In this document: positions 1 to 7,922 of the stretch, in pieces
How the letters are laid out: each line of letters begins with the position of its first letter
Position numbering within the stretch: position 1 is the stretch's first letter
Assembly (NCBI GenBank): GCA_963205035.1
Contig: CAUJII010000013.1
Location: 1-47,272 of the forward strand
Origin: Spirochaetota bacterium
Lineage (GTDB): Bacteria > Spirochaetota > Leptospiria > Turneriellales > Turneriellaceae
DNA: 47,272 nt
Reading direction: 5' to 3'
The notes under the pieces: generated by a model
Seen by the model: the letters and a program-made list of their open reading frames with translations, nothing else
Told to the model about the DNA's origin: nothing
The model's database searches: none
Program-made: the position numbers and the translations under genes

Positions 1-142
1 CGTCATAAGGCCCTGGAGGGTTGATAAGAACCTCTACGGTGTGCTTTGGCAGCGGACGATTCATTCGGGCGAGTCGGTATCGCGATTCGTCGACTTCGCG
101 ATTCGGGTGTTCATGCCGCGATTTGTCGAGATGTATCTGCAC

Positions 143-199
143 AAGCCGCTAAGATGGCCTCCATGCCAGCGGCTTAGCGCGGCACGTCGTGTACCCACG
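143..199 (-). mobile_element. 57-bp two-hairpin mini-element, diverged copy, reverse orientation
   Basis: Absent from the paralog. Reverse complement CGTGGGTAC-ACGAC-GTGCCGCG C T AAGCCGCT GGC-ATGGAG-GCC ATCTT AGCGGCTT is colinear with the 58-bp unit and has a perfect AAGCCGCT/AGCGGCTT stem. Confidence 0.75.
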
Positions 200-250
200 T
201 CCCCCCGGCGTGGGTCGGCGTACTCAGCTCGAAACCATCATTTCTGGGCG

Positions 251-315
251 GCGCGGTGGCAGGAAGTCACGCGCTACGCCGCCGACACGGATGTCGTCTT
301 TGCGGCGTGCGCGGT
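251..315 (+). mobile_element. 58-bp two-hairpin mini-element with 7-bp terminal direct repeat GCGCGGT (251-257, 309-315)
   Basis: Absent from the paralog coding sequence. Unit is GCGCG GTGGC-AGGAA-GTCAC GCGC T ACGCCGC C GAC-ACGGAT-GTC GTCTTT GCGGCGT, with a near-identical copy at 46513-46580 (-). Confidence 0.85.
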
Positions 316-475
316 ATGCCCAGCGCAAAAGTTTTCCAGACTATTTTATTAACTACCAAAAAGTCACCGAAAAAAATGAAAATGGTGGACTCGAAACGGC
401 CCGGAAAGCAATCCTCATCGCAAAAAAAGGCCTGTCGTACGCTGAATACACCCACTGCCTACGAACGTGCATATA

Positions 476-498
476 GGCGTGCGCGCTACGCCGCCGAC
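476..498 (+). repeat. Remnant of the mini-element directly after the stop codon (first hairpin collapsed)
   Basis: GGCGTGCGCG matches 304-313, and CGCGCTACGCCGCCGAC (482-498) is identical to 270-286. Confidence 0.7.
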
Positions 499-688
499 CT
501 CGCGACGATGCGTGCCGCTTTTGCGGGAGATTTTCCGCTTCATTCGCGTGGGCTTAGCGCAGAAAAAATCCTACCAGTGAGCGTGCGCCTAAACTCCGCG
601 TAAAATACGCCCCCACGACAAACAAAAAATGGCCATTGAGCCGGTCTTACACTATCTTTATGGGAATAAAAAAACGCCGGGGGTTACA

Positions 689-1600
689 ATGAAGCGGATT
701 ATTCTTTTTATTATCACTAACATTTTGGTCGTAGCAACTATATCGATCATTTTACAAGTCTTGGGCGTCATGAGTTATATTGAAAAGTCGGGCGCAGGCT
801 ACGGACTCAATATAACAAACCTACTCATTTTTTGTCTTTTGTGGGGGTTTATCGGTGCTTTCATCTCGCTGGCACTTTCTAAAGTTATGGCAAAATGGGC
901 GATGGGACTCAAGGTCATCGACCCTAAAAATGCCAGCGGTGCCGAAGGGCAGCTCGTACAAACCGTGCACCGTCTGTCGCGCCAAGCCGGCTTAACCACG
1001 ATGCCCGAAGTCGCGATTTATGAATCGCAAGAAATCAACGCTTTCGCCACCGGGCCTACCCGTTCGAGCTCGCTTGTCGCTGTTTCAACGGGACTCTTGA
1101 GTGCGATGGATTCAAACGAAGTTGAGGGAGTCTTGGGTCACGAAGTCAGCCACATCGCAAACGGCGACATGGTGACGATGACACTCCTACAAGGTGTTGT
1201 GAACGCGTTCGTCATGTTCTTGTCTCGCATCGTTGCGTTTGCAATCAGTACTGCGATGAGCAAGAGCGACGACGAAGGCGCTGGCTTTCCTTATATCCTC
1301 AACATGGTGCTCACCATTGTGTTCGATATCGTCTTTACGCTCTTAGGGTCGATTGTCGTCGCTGCATTTTCTCGCTACCGCGAATACCATGCCGACGCAG
1401 GCGGTGCGCGCTTGGCTGGGCCACATAAAATGATCGCGGCTCTCGAAAAACTCAGCCGCACAACGGAACAGGTAGATAACAGCCAATCGCCATCTTTAGC
1501 ATCGATGAAAATCTCGAACAAGAGCGGATTTCTCGCACTTTTCTCGACTCACCCACCTTTGGAAGACCGCATCCGCCGCTTGCAGAAAGGAGTTATATAA
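689..1600 (+). CDS. htpX: Zinc metalloprotease HtpX (M48)
   Basis: INAFATG, HEVSH (HExxH), NGDMVTMTL, SRYREYHAD and STHPPLEDRI motifs plus TM segments. Start placed at MKRIILF (689) rather than 629. Confidence 0.95.
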   Translation: MKRIILFIITNILVVATISIILQVLGVMSYIEKSGAGYGLNITNLLIFCLLWGFIGAFISLALSKVMAKWAMGLKVIDPKNASGAEGQLVQTVHRLSRQAGLTTMPEVAIYESQEINAFATGPTRSSSLVAVSTGLLSAMDSNEVEGVLGHEVSHIANGDMVTMTLLQGVVNAFVMFLSRIVAFAISTAMSKSDDEGAGFPYILNMVLTIVFDIVFTLLGSIVVAAFSRYREYHADAGGARLAGPHKMIAALEKLSRTTEQVDNSQSPSLASMKISNKSGFLALFSTHPPLEDRIRRLQKGVI

Positions 1601-1663
1601 AAACTCTTTGCACCATCACACCATTTTCTTGTATGTTCTCTCAGTTTTTTTCAGGAGGAAACT

Positions 1664-2659
1664 ATGGCTTTAGTGGATAGATTAAAATTTAACGGGGGCG
1701 CAGACGATATTGCGTGGAAGTTCCCCGACGAAGGCGTGACTTGGGGCGCACAGCTCATTGTCAACGATTCGCAGGAAGCTTTGTTTTTCAAAGGCGGCGA
1801 ATGCCACGACCTTTTCGGACCGGGCACCTACACATTAAAATCAAACAACATTCCGCTCCTCGAAAAATTTGTAAACAAAGTGTTCGGCGGCGACACCCCT
1901 TTTGCGGCAGAAGTCTGGTTCGTTTCTAAACGCATTTTCCAAAATATCGGCTGGGGCACCAAGACGCCGATTCAAGTCGAAGATCCAAAATTCGGAATCA
2001 TAACGAATTTGCGTGCCTTCGGTGTCTTCGGCATCCGCGTGGCAGACACGCGCGTTTTCGTCAAAGAGGTGATTGGCACTCAAGGGAAATCGACAACTGA
2101 AAGCATCCAAGAGCTCATGCTTTCGAGCATCGTCTCAGACATTGAAGAAATGCTCTCTCAAGTGGTCCACGAACAAAACATCGACATCATCCGAATCAAC
2201 ACACAGCGTTCAAAGATTGAAGACGCTTTCAAACCACTTCTTACAAAGAAGTTTGAAAAATTTGGTCTATCCATCGAACAATTTGAGATTGAATCGCTCA
2301 ACATCCCGCAAGACGATCCGGGTTTCAAAGCGCTGCAACAAGCAAAAGCAGATAAAGCGCAAATGAATATTTTGGGCGACCAATACGCGCAAAAGCGTAT
2401 GCTCGATATCGGCGAAGCGTCGGCAAAAAACGAAGGCGCAGGAGGCGGCATGATGCAAGCTGGCATGGGTATGGGAATGGGCCAAATGATGGGGCAGATG
2501 ATGGGCCAAATGAATGTGAGTGGGCAACCGCAACAGGCCGCACCTGCCGCAGAAGATCCTATGGCAAAAATCCAGAAACTCAAAGGAATGCTCGACCAAG
2601 GACTCATTACACAAGACGAATTCAATGCTAAAAAAGCAAAAATTCTCGAATCGATGTAA
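1664..2659 (+). CDS. SPFH (Band7_1/YdjI-like) domain protein with C-terminal SHOCT domain
   Basis: LIVNDSQEALFFKGG, PFAAEVWFV, WGTKTPI, LRAFGVFG, GMGMGMG low-complexity stretch, and KLKGMLDQGLITQDEFNAKKAKIL (SHOCT). RBS GGAGG. Confidence 0.85.
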   Translation: MALVDRLKFNGGADDIAWKFPDEGVTWGAQLIVNDSQEALFFKGGECHDLFGPGTYTLKSNNIPLLEKFVNKVFGGDTPFAAEVWFVSKRIFQNIGWGTKTPIQVEDPKFGIITNLRAFGVFGIRVADTRVFVKEVIGTQGKSTTESIQELMLSSIVSDIEEMLSQVVHEQNIDIIRINTQRSKIEDAFKPLLTKKFEKFGLSIEQFEIESLNIPQDDPGFKALQQAKADKAQMNILGDQYAQKRMLDIGEASAKNEGAGGGMMQAGMGMGMGQMMGQMMGQMNVSGQPQQAAPAAEDPMAKIQKLKGMLDQGLITQDEFNAKKAKILESM

Positions 2660-2676
2660 TTGATCTTGGTTTTCGC

Positions 2677-3651
2677 ATGCTAAAAAAGCAGGGACGGCTT
2701 CTTTCGCCGTCCCTTGTCATCCACAAAACTAATAATACGATTACTAAAATCTTAAAGGGGGATATCAAAATCCTCCGAAAGATTGCAGCGTATGTAGTCG
2801 AAAGCGGCGGCAAACGTGTTCGTCCGCTCTTTCTCTATTACTTAGGGAAATCTTTTGCGCTGCCCGACAAGACGCTTATCGAATGGGGTGCTCTCTTAGA
2901 GATTGTGCATGCAGCAAGCCTCCTGCACGACGACGTCATCGACGGCGCAGAAGAGCGGCGGGCCAAACCCACGGGCGCAAAGCTCTTTGGCAACAAGCAA
3001 ATTATTTTGGGTGGAGATCACCTCCTGGCCTCCGGGCTCAAATACTTGAACGGCATGGGTAATTCCCACGCAATGGAAATTTTTACAGACGCCATCCAAT
3101 CGCTCACGACGGCCGAACTCTTGCAAATGCAAGAACTCTACAACGCGAGGGCGACACGGGCAACTCACGCATCCATCGTCGACGGAAAAACTGCCGTGCT
3201 TTTTCGAGCAGCGGGTGCGCTTGTGGCTGTCCTGCGGGGCGAGACGGATTACTTCGCTTCCGAGACTGCATGCCTGGGGCTTTCACTCGGCCGCTTTTTT
3301 CAAGAGCGAGACGATTACTTGGATTATTTCGACGCCGAAAGGCTTCAGAAGAAAGGCTTACAGGATTTTTTTAACGGCTCAGTGACTCCTCCGCTTTTCA
3401 CACTTTTCGAACGTGTGACGGAGCGCGAGAAAAAAGAAATCCTTTCGGCTTGGCGCCTCATGCAAAATCACGAAACAGAAGCGGTCATCTTGAATTTGAT
3501 GGCGCGTTACTCAGTTCGAGATCATGTTTTGGCTGGCTTGACGCTGAGCCAAGAAACAGTCTTTGCGCAATTAGAGTCTCTGCCGCAAGGCGCGCCCCGC
3601 GACAGAATGCTCCTCGAGTTCAAAAAAATTCTTGCCGTGCACTCTACATAA
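2677..3651 (+). CDS. Polyprenyl diphosphate synthase (IspB-like)
   Basis: GGKRVRP, LHDDVID (FARM), GKTA and FQERDDYLD (SARM). Exact start uncertain. Confidence 0.9.
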   Translation: MLKKQGRLLSPSLVIHKTNNTITKILKGDIKILRKIAAYVVESGGKRVRPLFLYYLGKSFALPDKTLIEWGALLEIVHAASLLHDDVIDGAEERRAKPTGAKLFGNKQIILGGDHLLASGLKYLNGMGNSHAMEIFTDAIQSLTTAELLQMQELYNARATRATHASIVDGKTAVLFRAAGALVAVLRGETDYFASETACLGLSLGRFFQERDDYLDYFDAERLQKKGLQDFFNGSVTPPLFTLFERVTEREKKEILSAWRLMQNHETEAVILNLMARYSVRDHVLAGLTLSQETVFAQLESLPQGAPRDRMLLEFKKILAVHST

Positions 3652-3680
3652 CGCGTACTAACTGTTCAAAGGGGATTTCA

Positions 3681-4178
3681 ATGAAAAAATTAGCGCTTCT
3701 CTGTTTCTTAATACCTGCTGTGGCGTTGTTCGCCAAAAGCAAAGATGAATACTTAAACGATCTTAAATCGTCTGACGATGCGACTGCGATTGCTGCCGCA
3801 CAATACTTGGGCAATGACGGTGCAAAAGACGCCATCGAGCCTTTGGGCGAGCTCTTAAAGAGCAACCGGTCAGCGGGTGTGCGCATTGCAGCGGCTGCGG
3901 CGCTCGGCCGCATGGACACGAAGGGACGTCCCACAACGATTTTACGCGAAGCCCTCGAGGCCGATCCGGACAACCAAGTCATCTATACCGAGCTACTGGC
4001 ACTTCTCAATCTGAAAGATTTAGATAATGCGGATTTAACCCGTGCGGTCGAGTTTGCTGAACAGAATAAGAGTTCCGATCTTTTTATCGGCGACATTATT
4101 GCGCGGATCCGCAAGGTAGTGCCCAAGAAAGTAGAAGCGCCCAAAGCTGAAGAAAAACCTGCCGACGCCGCTCAATAA
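3681..4178 (+). CDS. Exported HEAT-repeat protein
   Basis: Signal peptide MKKLALLCFLIPAVALFA, HEAT-like AAAQYLG / VRIAAAAALG repeats, RBS GGGGA. Start moved from 3450 to 3681. Confidence 0.75.
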   Translation: MKKLALLCFLIPAVALFAKSKDEYLNDLKSSDDATAIAAAQYLGNDGAKDAIEPLGELLKSNRSAGVRIAAAAALGRMDTKGRPTTILREALEADPDNQVIYTELLALLNLKDLDNADLTRAVEFAEQNKSSDLFIGDIIARIRKVVPKKVEAPKAEEKPADAAQ

Positions 4179-4192
4179 GCGGAGATAATACG

Positions 4193-4253
4193 CCGCGTAT
4201 TTGCAACGTTCCGGTTATTAACTTCCAACTCGATGACCGGAACCTGCACGCGG
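4193..4253 (+). terminator. Long imperfect intergenic hairpin, possible terminator or processing site
   Basis: CCGCGT/ACGCGG outer stem and GTTCCGGT/ACCGGAAC inner stem, followed by GTTTTAATT. Confidence 0.45.
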
Positions 4254-4275
4254 GTTTTAATTGCGGCGACTAACT

Positions 4276-5271
4276 ATGCGCGTTTTGCTGAAATTTCCAT
4301 TTCTGACAAAATTCTGTATCGTTCTGTTTGTTACCTTCGCAAGCAGCGTATTAACCGCCGAGGGTGGTACAACGAACCCCTGCGAGTTTTCTTTCAAGGC
4401 TGAAATTCCGAAAAACAATCACTTTACGGTTCAGAACGGCCGGGTGGCTTTTTTATGCAAGAATGCTGATTTCTTTCTTCGAGGCACAGTCACACGCACC
4501 CTACCCTGGCAGCTAACGCAAAAAGTCTACGACACGCTGGCCACCGATTTGAATGCGCAAACTATCGAAACCGGCGCATGGGGACGTATATACCGCATCG
4601 CCGACGTGCGCGGCAAAAAACAGTTAGTCTGCGCCTACGCTTCGAGACCGCACTTCGCGATTGATCTTTGTGCGCCAGACTTAGAAAATTTTGGAGCAGA
4701 CACTCTGCTCAAGAAGATACTGCATGAATTTCGACAAGTCAAAGAGAGCGAATCGCCTTTCTTACGCTCGGCTGCTCTCAGTTCAAGCAAGAAAGTATTT
4801 ACCGAAAAAAATGAAACTCAAGAGCCGGCGCTTCTCTCGCTCACGATGCCTGCCGGTTATGTCGATATCGATCACCATGAGAACCGCGCACTCTTTACCG
4901 ATGCGGCGGGCCTTGCAGAGATTGAAGTTTTCTATGAGTTGAGCGATCTTGTTCTCGATTCCGACCTCGCGCACAGAGTTTATCAAAAAGCTGTCACAAA
5001 TTTTTTGGCAAAGCAAGGCTCGTGGAAACCAACTTCAGAAAACCACGTTATTAAGAATGGAAACGCAACCTGTCTTCTTTTTTCTGACGCTGCAAAGCGC
5101 GCGAGTAATTATTGCTATACTATCGCGACAATTCAAGTCGCGGGAAAAAAGAAGTCTTGCCGTGTTTCATTTATCATCGCGTATCTTAGAGAAGCAGTCG
5201 ATGAAAAAAAACTACTCTCCGATCAACAAAGAATTTTAACCGAGTGGGGCGAGAGCCTCTTGAAGCACTGA
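4276..5271 (+). CDS. Hypothetical exported protein
   Basis: Long ORF in operon orientation, N-terminal signal-like hydrophobic stretch, several Cys. No family recognised. Confidence 0.65.
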   Translation: MRVLLKFPFLTKFCIVLFVTFASSVLTAEGGTTNPCEFSFKAEIPKNNHFTVQNGRVAFLCKNADFFLRGTVTRTLPWQLTQKVYDTLATDLNAQTIETGAWGRIYRIADVRGKKQLVCAYASRPHFAIDLCAPDLENFGADTLLKKILHEFRQVKESESPFLRSAALSSSKKVFTEKNETQEPALLSLTMPAGYVDIDHHENRALFTDAAGLAEIEVFYELSDLVLDSDLAHRVYQKAVTNFLAKQGSWKPTSENHVIKNGNATCLLFSDAAKRASNYCYTIATIQVAGKKKSCRVSFIIAYLREAVDEKKLLSDQQRILTEWGESLLKH

Positions 5272-5273
5272 GA

Positions 5274-6011
5274 ATGCTTCCTACAAATTTGACCAAGGCG
5301 GAGCTCGAACGCTATAGCAGACAGATTTTACTTTTGGGCGGCGACGCGCAACGGCGCTTGAAAAATGCACATGTTTTGGTCGTCGGCGCGGGAGGCCTCG
5401 GGGCAACAACCTTACCTCTCTTGGCTGCAAGCGGCGTCGGTTGCATAGAAATTTTTGACGGAGACGCCATTGAAACGAGTAATTTGGGTCGGCAATGGAT
5501 TTACTCGGATGACGCAGTGGGGAAAAATAAAGCATCCGAGGCGCGTGCGTTTCTCCAATCTATCAATCCACATATCGAAGTGATTGCACACGACTCTATG
5601 TTTGAGGCGGGAAATTTTTCATCTCTTGAAAAAATAACACTCGTGTGCGAAGGGAGCGACAACCTCGCCTCGAAATTCGCCGTGAATGACTTAGCGTTGC
5701 GCGCAAAAGTCCCGGCTGTCATTTCGTCACTCGCTGCAGCGCAAGGCCACACGATGCTCGTGAACGGTGTCGAGAACGCTTGCTACCGTTGTGTCTTTGA
5801 TGAAGTCGATCAAAGCTCCTTACCCTCGTGCGCGGGCGAAGGCATCTTGACAACGTTTGTGGGATTTATCGCAGCACACGCCGCTCATACCGCCATCACG
5901 CAAATCATCACAACTGACCGCGAGGCAGGATTTTGGGTTTTTGAAAAAAACCATTGCCGCAGTGTACGCATAAAAAGAAGAATAGATTGTATTCACCATA
6001 ATATACCTTAA
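5274..6011 (+). CDS. HesA/MoeB/ThiF family adenylyltransferase
   Basis: ERYSRQI, VVGAGGLG, SNLGRQ, CYRC and SCAGEG(IL) motifs. No rhodanese domain. Confidence 0.9.
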   Translation: MLPTNLTKAELERYSRQILLLGGDAQRRLKNAHVLVVGAGGLGATTLPLLAASGVGCIEIFDGDAIETSNLGRQWIYSDDAVGKNKASEARAFLQSINPHIEVIAHDSMFEAGNFSSLEKITLVCEGSDNLASKFAVNDLALRAKVPAVISSLAAAQGHTMLVNGVENACYRCVFDEVDQSSLPSCAGEGILTTFVGFIAAHAAHTAITQIITTDREAGFWVFEKNHCRSVRIKRRIDCIHHNIP

Positions 6012-6022
6012 GGTCTAAAAGC

Positions 6023-6883
6023 ATGGTTAAAAAGATACTCTCGAAGAAAAAACAACGGTATGGATTGGCTCTCTCTGGAGGAGCGGCGTTGGGAGCGTAT
6101 CAAGCGGGAGCCCTCAAAGCAATCTTTGAAGCACAGCTTGATATACGCGCCGTGGCTGGCAGTTCGATTGGCGCCCTCAACGGATACCTTGCTGCAACCG
6201 GACAAATCTCCGAACTCTTGAACTTTTGGCGTACAATCGATCAGAAGAAAATCATTACGATGGAAAGTTTTGCAAAGTTCTTTTTTACTGGCGCAAACGC
6301 TCTCTTAAGCGACCAAATGCAACGAACACTCGTTAACCAAGCCGTGAGTCTAGTCTCACTGAACTCTTCTAAACGCAAATACCGCGCTGCGGCGATCAGC
6401 CTGCGGACAGGCAAGCTTCACTACCTGCGCGGCGAAGATGCACAGAGCGACGAAGAGCTCAGAGATTTTGTTTTAGCATCCGCTGCCGTGCCGGGTGTGT
6501 TTCCTCCGATTAAGATCAAGGACGAGTATTTCATCGACGGTGGGCTTGTCCGCAACACGCCCATCGATGCGCTCGAAAACGAGCGCATCGACTCTGTCAT
6601 TGCCATTAGCATGGAACCCGAGGAATACGCCGACGAGGAAAAAATAAATACCTCGCACCTTGCACTCCGCACGGTCAGTATTTTCTTTCGAAGCCAAGCG
6701 AACGATGCTGTCGAACGTGCGGCCATGTCCCCAAAGTTGCGTAAAAAAAAGATATATCTCTTGCGCCCGCAACACACGCTTGGCATGCAACAGTATGAAT
6801 TCGATTCAAGAAAAATCGAACAGTTAATCGAACAAGGGTATAATACGACAAAGGAATTTATTATTAAACAAAGGCTTAGATAA
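6023..6883 (+). CDS. Patatin-like phospholipase
   Basis: LALSGGAALG, GSSIG (GxSxG), ASAAVPGVFPP and DGG motifs. Confidence 0.92.
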   Translation: MVKKILSKKKQRYGLALSGGAALGAYQAGALKAIFEAQLDIRAVAGSSIGALNGYLAATGQISELLNFWRTIDQKKIITMESFAKFFFTGANALLSDQMQRTLVNQAVSLVSLNSSKRKYRAAAISLRTGKLHYLRGEDAQSDEELRDFVLASAAVPGVFPPIKIKDEYFIDGGLVRNTPIDALENERIDSVIAISMEPEEYADEEKINTSHLALRTVSIFFRSQANDAVERAAMSPKLRKKKIYLLRPQHTLGMQQYEFDSRKIEQLIEQGYNTTKEFIIKQRLR

Positions 6884-6884
6884 A

Positions 6885-7904
6885 ATGGATTTAGCACTCT
6901 CAACATACGTACACCAACTTCCCAAGCTCGACTTGCACCACCATTTCGACGGGGCTTTCGATCTGAATCATCTTTACGAAGAGGCCAAACGCCGGCAGTT
7001 GCCTCAAGCCAAGTTTAGTTTTGAGGAGTTCGCTGCAAAATGTCAGGTGAGTTCGACCTGCACTACGCTTACAGAGTTCTTAAACGTCTTTCACTTCTTC
7101 TACGACATTGCGCAAGACAGAGATTTTTTGCACGACGAAGCCGTGCTCTTGGCGAAGCGCGCCAGCAAAGAAGGGTTAATCTATCTCGAGACGCGCTTCG
7201 GCCCGCACCTTTTCGCCTCGCCGACTGTCTCTGCCGAAGACGCCACCAAGGCGGTCATCGACGGCCTAAAAACAGACAAGACAACGCCCATCCGTCTCAT
7301 TCTCTGCGTGATGCGAAACTCTCCCCCTAAATATGTGGAGGAACTAATCGCACTTTATGAAAAATACCACAACGATGGGGTTTGCGGCATCGACCTTGCG
7401 GGCGATGAATCGCTTTTTGCATGCGAAGAATACGCTCCCCTTTTCGATCGCGCCAAGGCATTAAAAATTCCGGTGACAATCCACGCGGGGGAAGCGGCCG
7501 GACCTGAATCTGTTCTGCAAGCTTTAGACACATTCCACGCGCGGCGCATCGGGCACGGCATCCGCTCCCTCGAAAGCCCCTCGCTCGTTGAACGCTTAGT
7601 CAAAGAGAGAACTCCTCTTGAAATTTGTCTCACCAGTAATTTGCAAACTGGTAACGCGGCCTCTTACAAGGCGCACCCCTTTACCGCCTTGCGGAAGGCA
7701 GGTGTTTTAGTTACTATCAACACCGACGACCCTTCGGTATCAGGAATTGACATCAACCACGAATGGATTGCGGCAATTCGAGAGTTTGAATTGCAAAGTG
7801 CAGATCAGAAAGCCTTGCTCTTAAATTCTGTTGAAGCCGCATTCTGCGACGATGCCTTGAAAGGCAAGCTCCGCACTCAGATCGAAGAATTTTTCAAGAA
7901 TTGA
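6885..7904 (+). CDS. add: Adenosine deaminase
   Basis: PKLDLHHHFDG, GIDLAGDE, TIHAGE, RIGHG, LEICLTSN and NTDDP motifs. Confidence 0.93.
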   Translation: MDLALSTYVHQLPKLDLHHHFDGAFDLNHLYEEAKRRQLPQAKFSFEEFAAKCQVSSTCTTLTEFLNVFHFFYDIAQDRDFLHDEAVLLAKRASKEGLIYLETRFGPHLFASPTVSAEDATKAVIDGLKTDKTTPIRLILCVMRNSPPKYVEELIALYEKYHNDGVCGIDLAGDESLFACEEYAPLFDRAKALKIPVTIHAGEAAGPESVLQALDTFHARRIGHGIRSLESPSLVERLVKERTPLEICLTSNLQTGNAASYKAHPFTALRKAGVLVTINTDDPSVSGIDINHEWIAAIREFELQSADQKALLLNSVEAAFCDDALKGKLRTQIEEFFKN

Positions 7905-7922
7905 CGGTTGCCACAGCCTGCA

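Larger units (their letters stand above)
2..476 (+). pseudogene. Paralog of the 46621-47193 gene, cut at its 5' end by the window edge and interrupted by two mini-element insertions (57 bp in frame at 143-199; 58 bp frameshifting at 258-315)
   Basis: Segments 2-142, 200-257 and 316-476 join to give VIRPWRVDKNLYGVLWQRT...YTHCLRTCI*, matching residues 72-190 of the 46621-47193 protein with 4 substitutions in 119 aa. Confidence 0.9.

Noticed and set aside
251-315. Hammerhead or other known small ribozyme in the mini-element
   Set aside because: No CUGANGA/GAAA core or other catalytic consensus that I can recognise on either strand.
2-476. Diversity-generating retroelement TR/VR pair (with 46621-46980)
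   Set aside because: Differences are synonymous third-position changes, not adenine-specific, and there is no reverse transcriptase in the window.
41-603. ORFs 41-352, 189-476 and 256-603 as separate genes
   Set aside because: They are frame fragments or shadows of one interrupted gene.
545-603. Shared 3' flank between the two paralogs (CGCGTGG..TTAGCG, CGTGCGCC)
   Set aside because: Only 7-8-nt matches at different spacings in GC-rich DNA; cannot be distinguished from chance without more copies.
2440-2520. ATGGG-rich repeat in the SPFH gene
   Set aside because: Encodes the Gly/Met/Gln low-complexity segment usual for this family; not a DNA-level element.
5274-7904. CBASS or RADAR defence system
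   Set aside because: No CD-NTase, E2/JAB or RdrA ATPase; the ADA is the short housekeeping type. Kept only as a low-interest finding.
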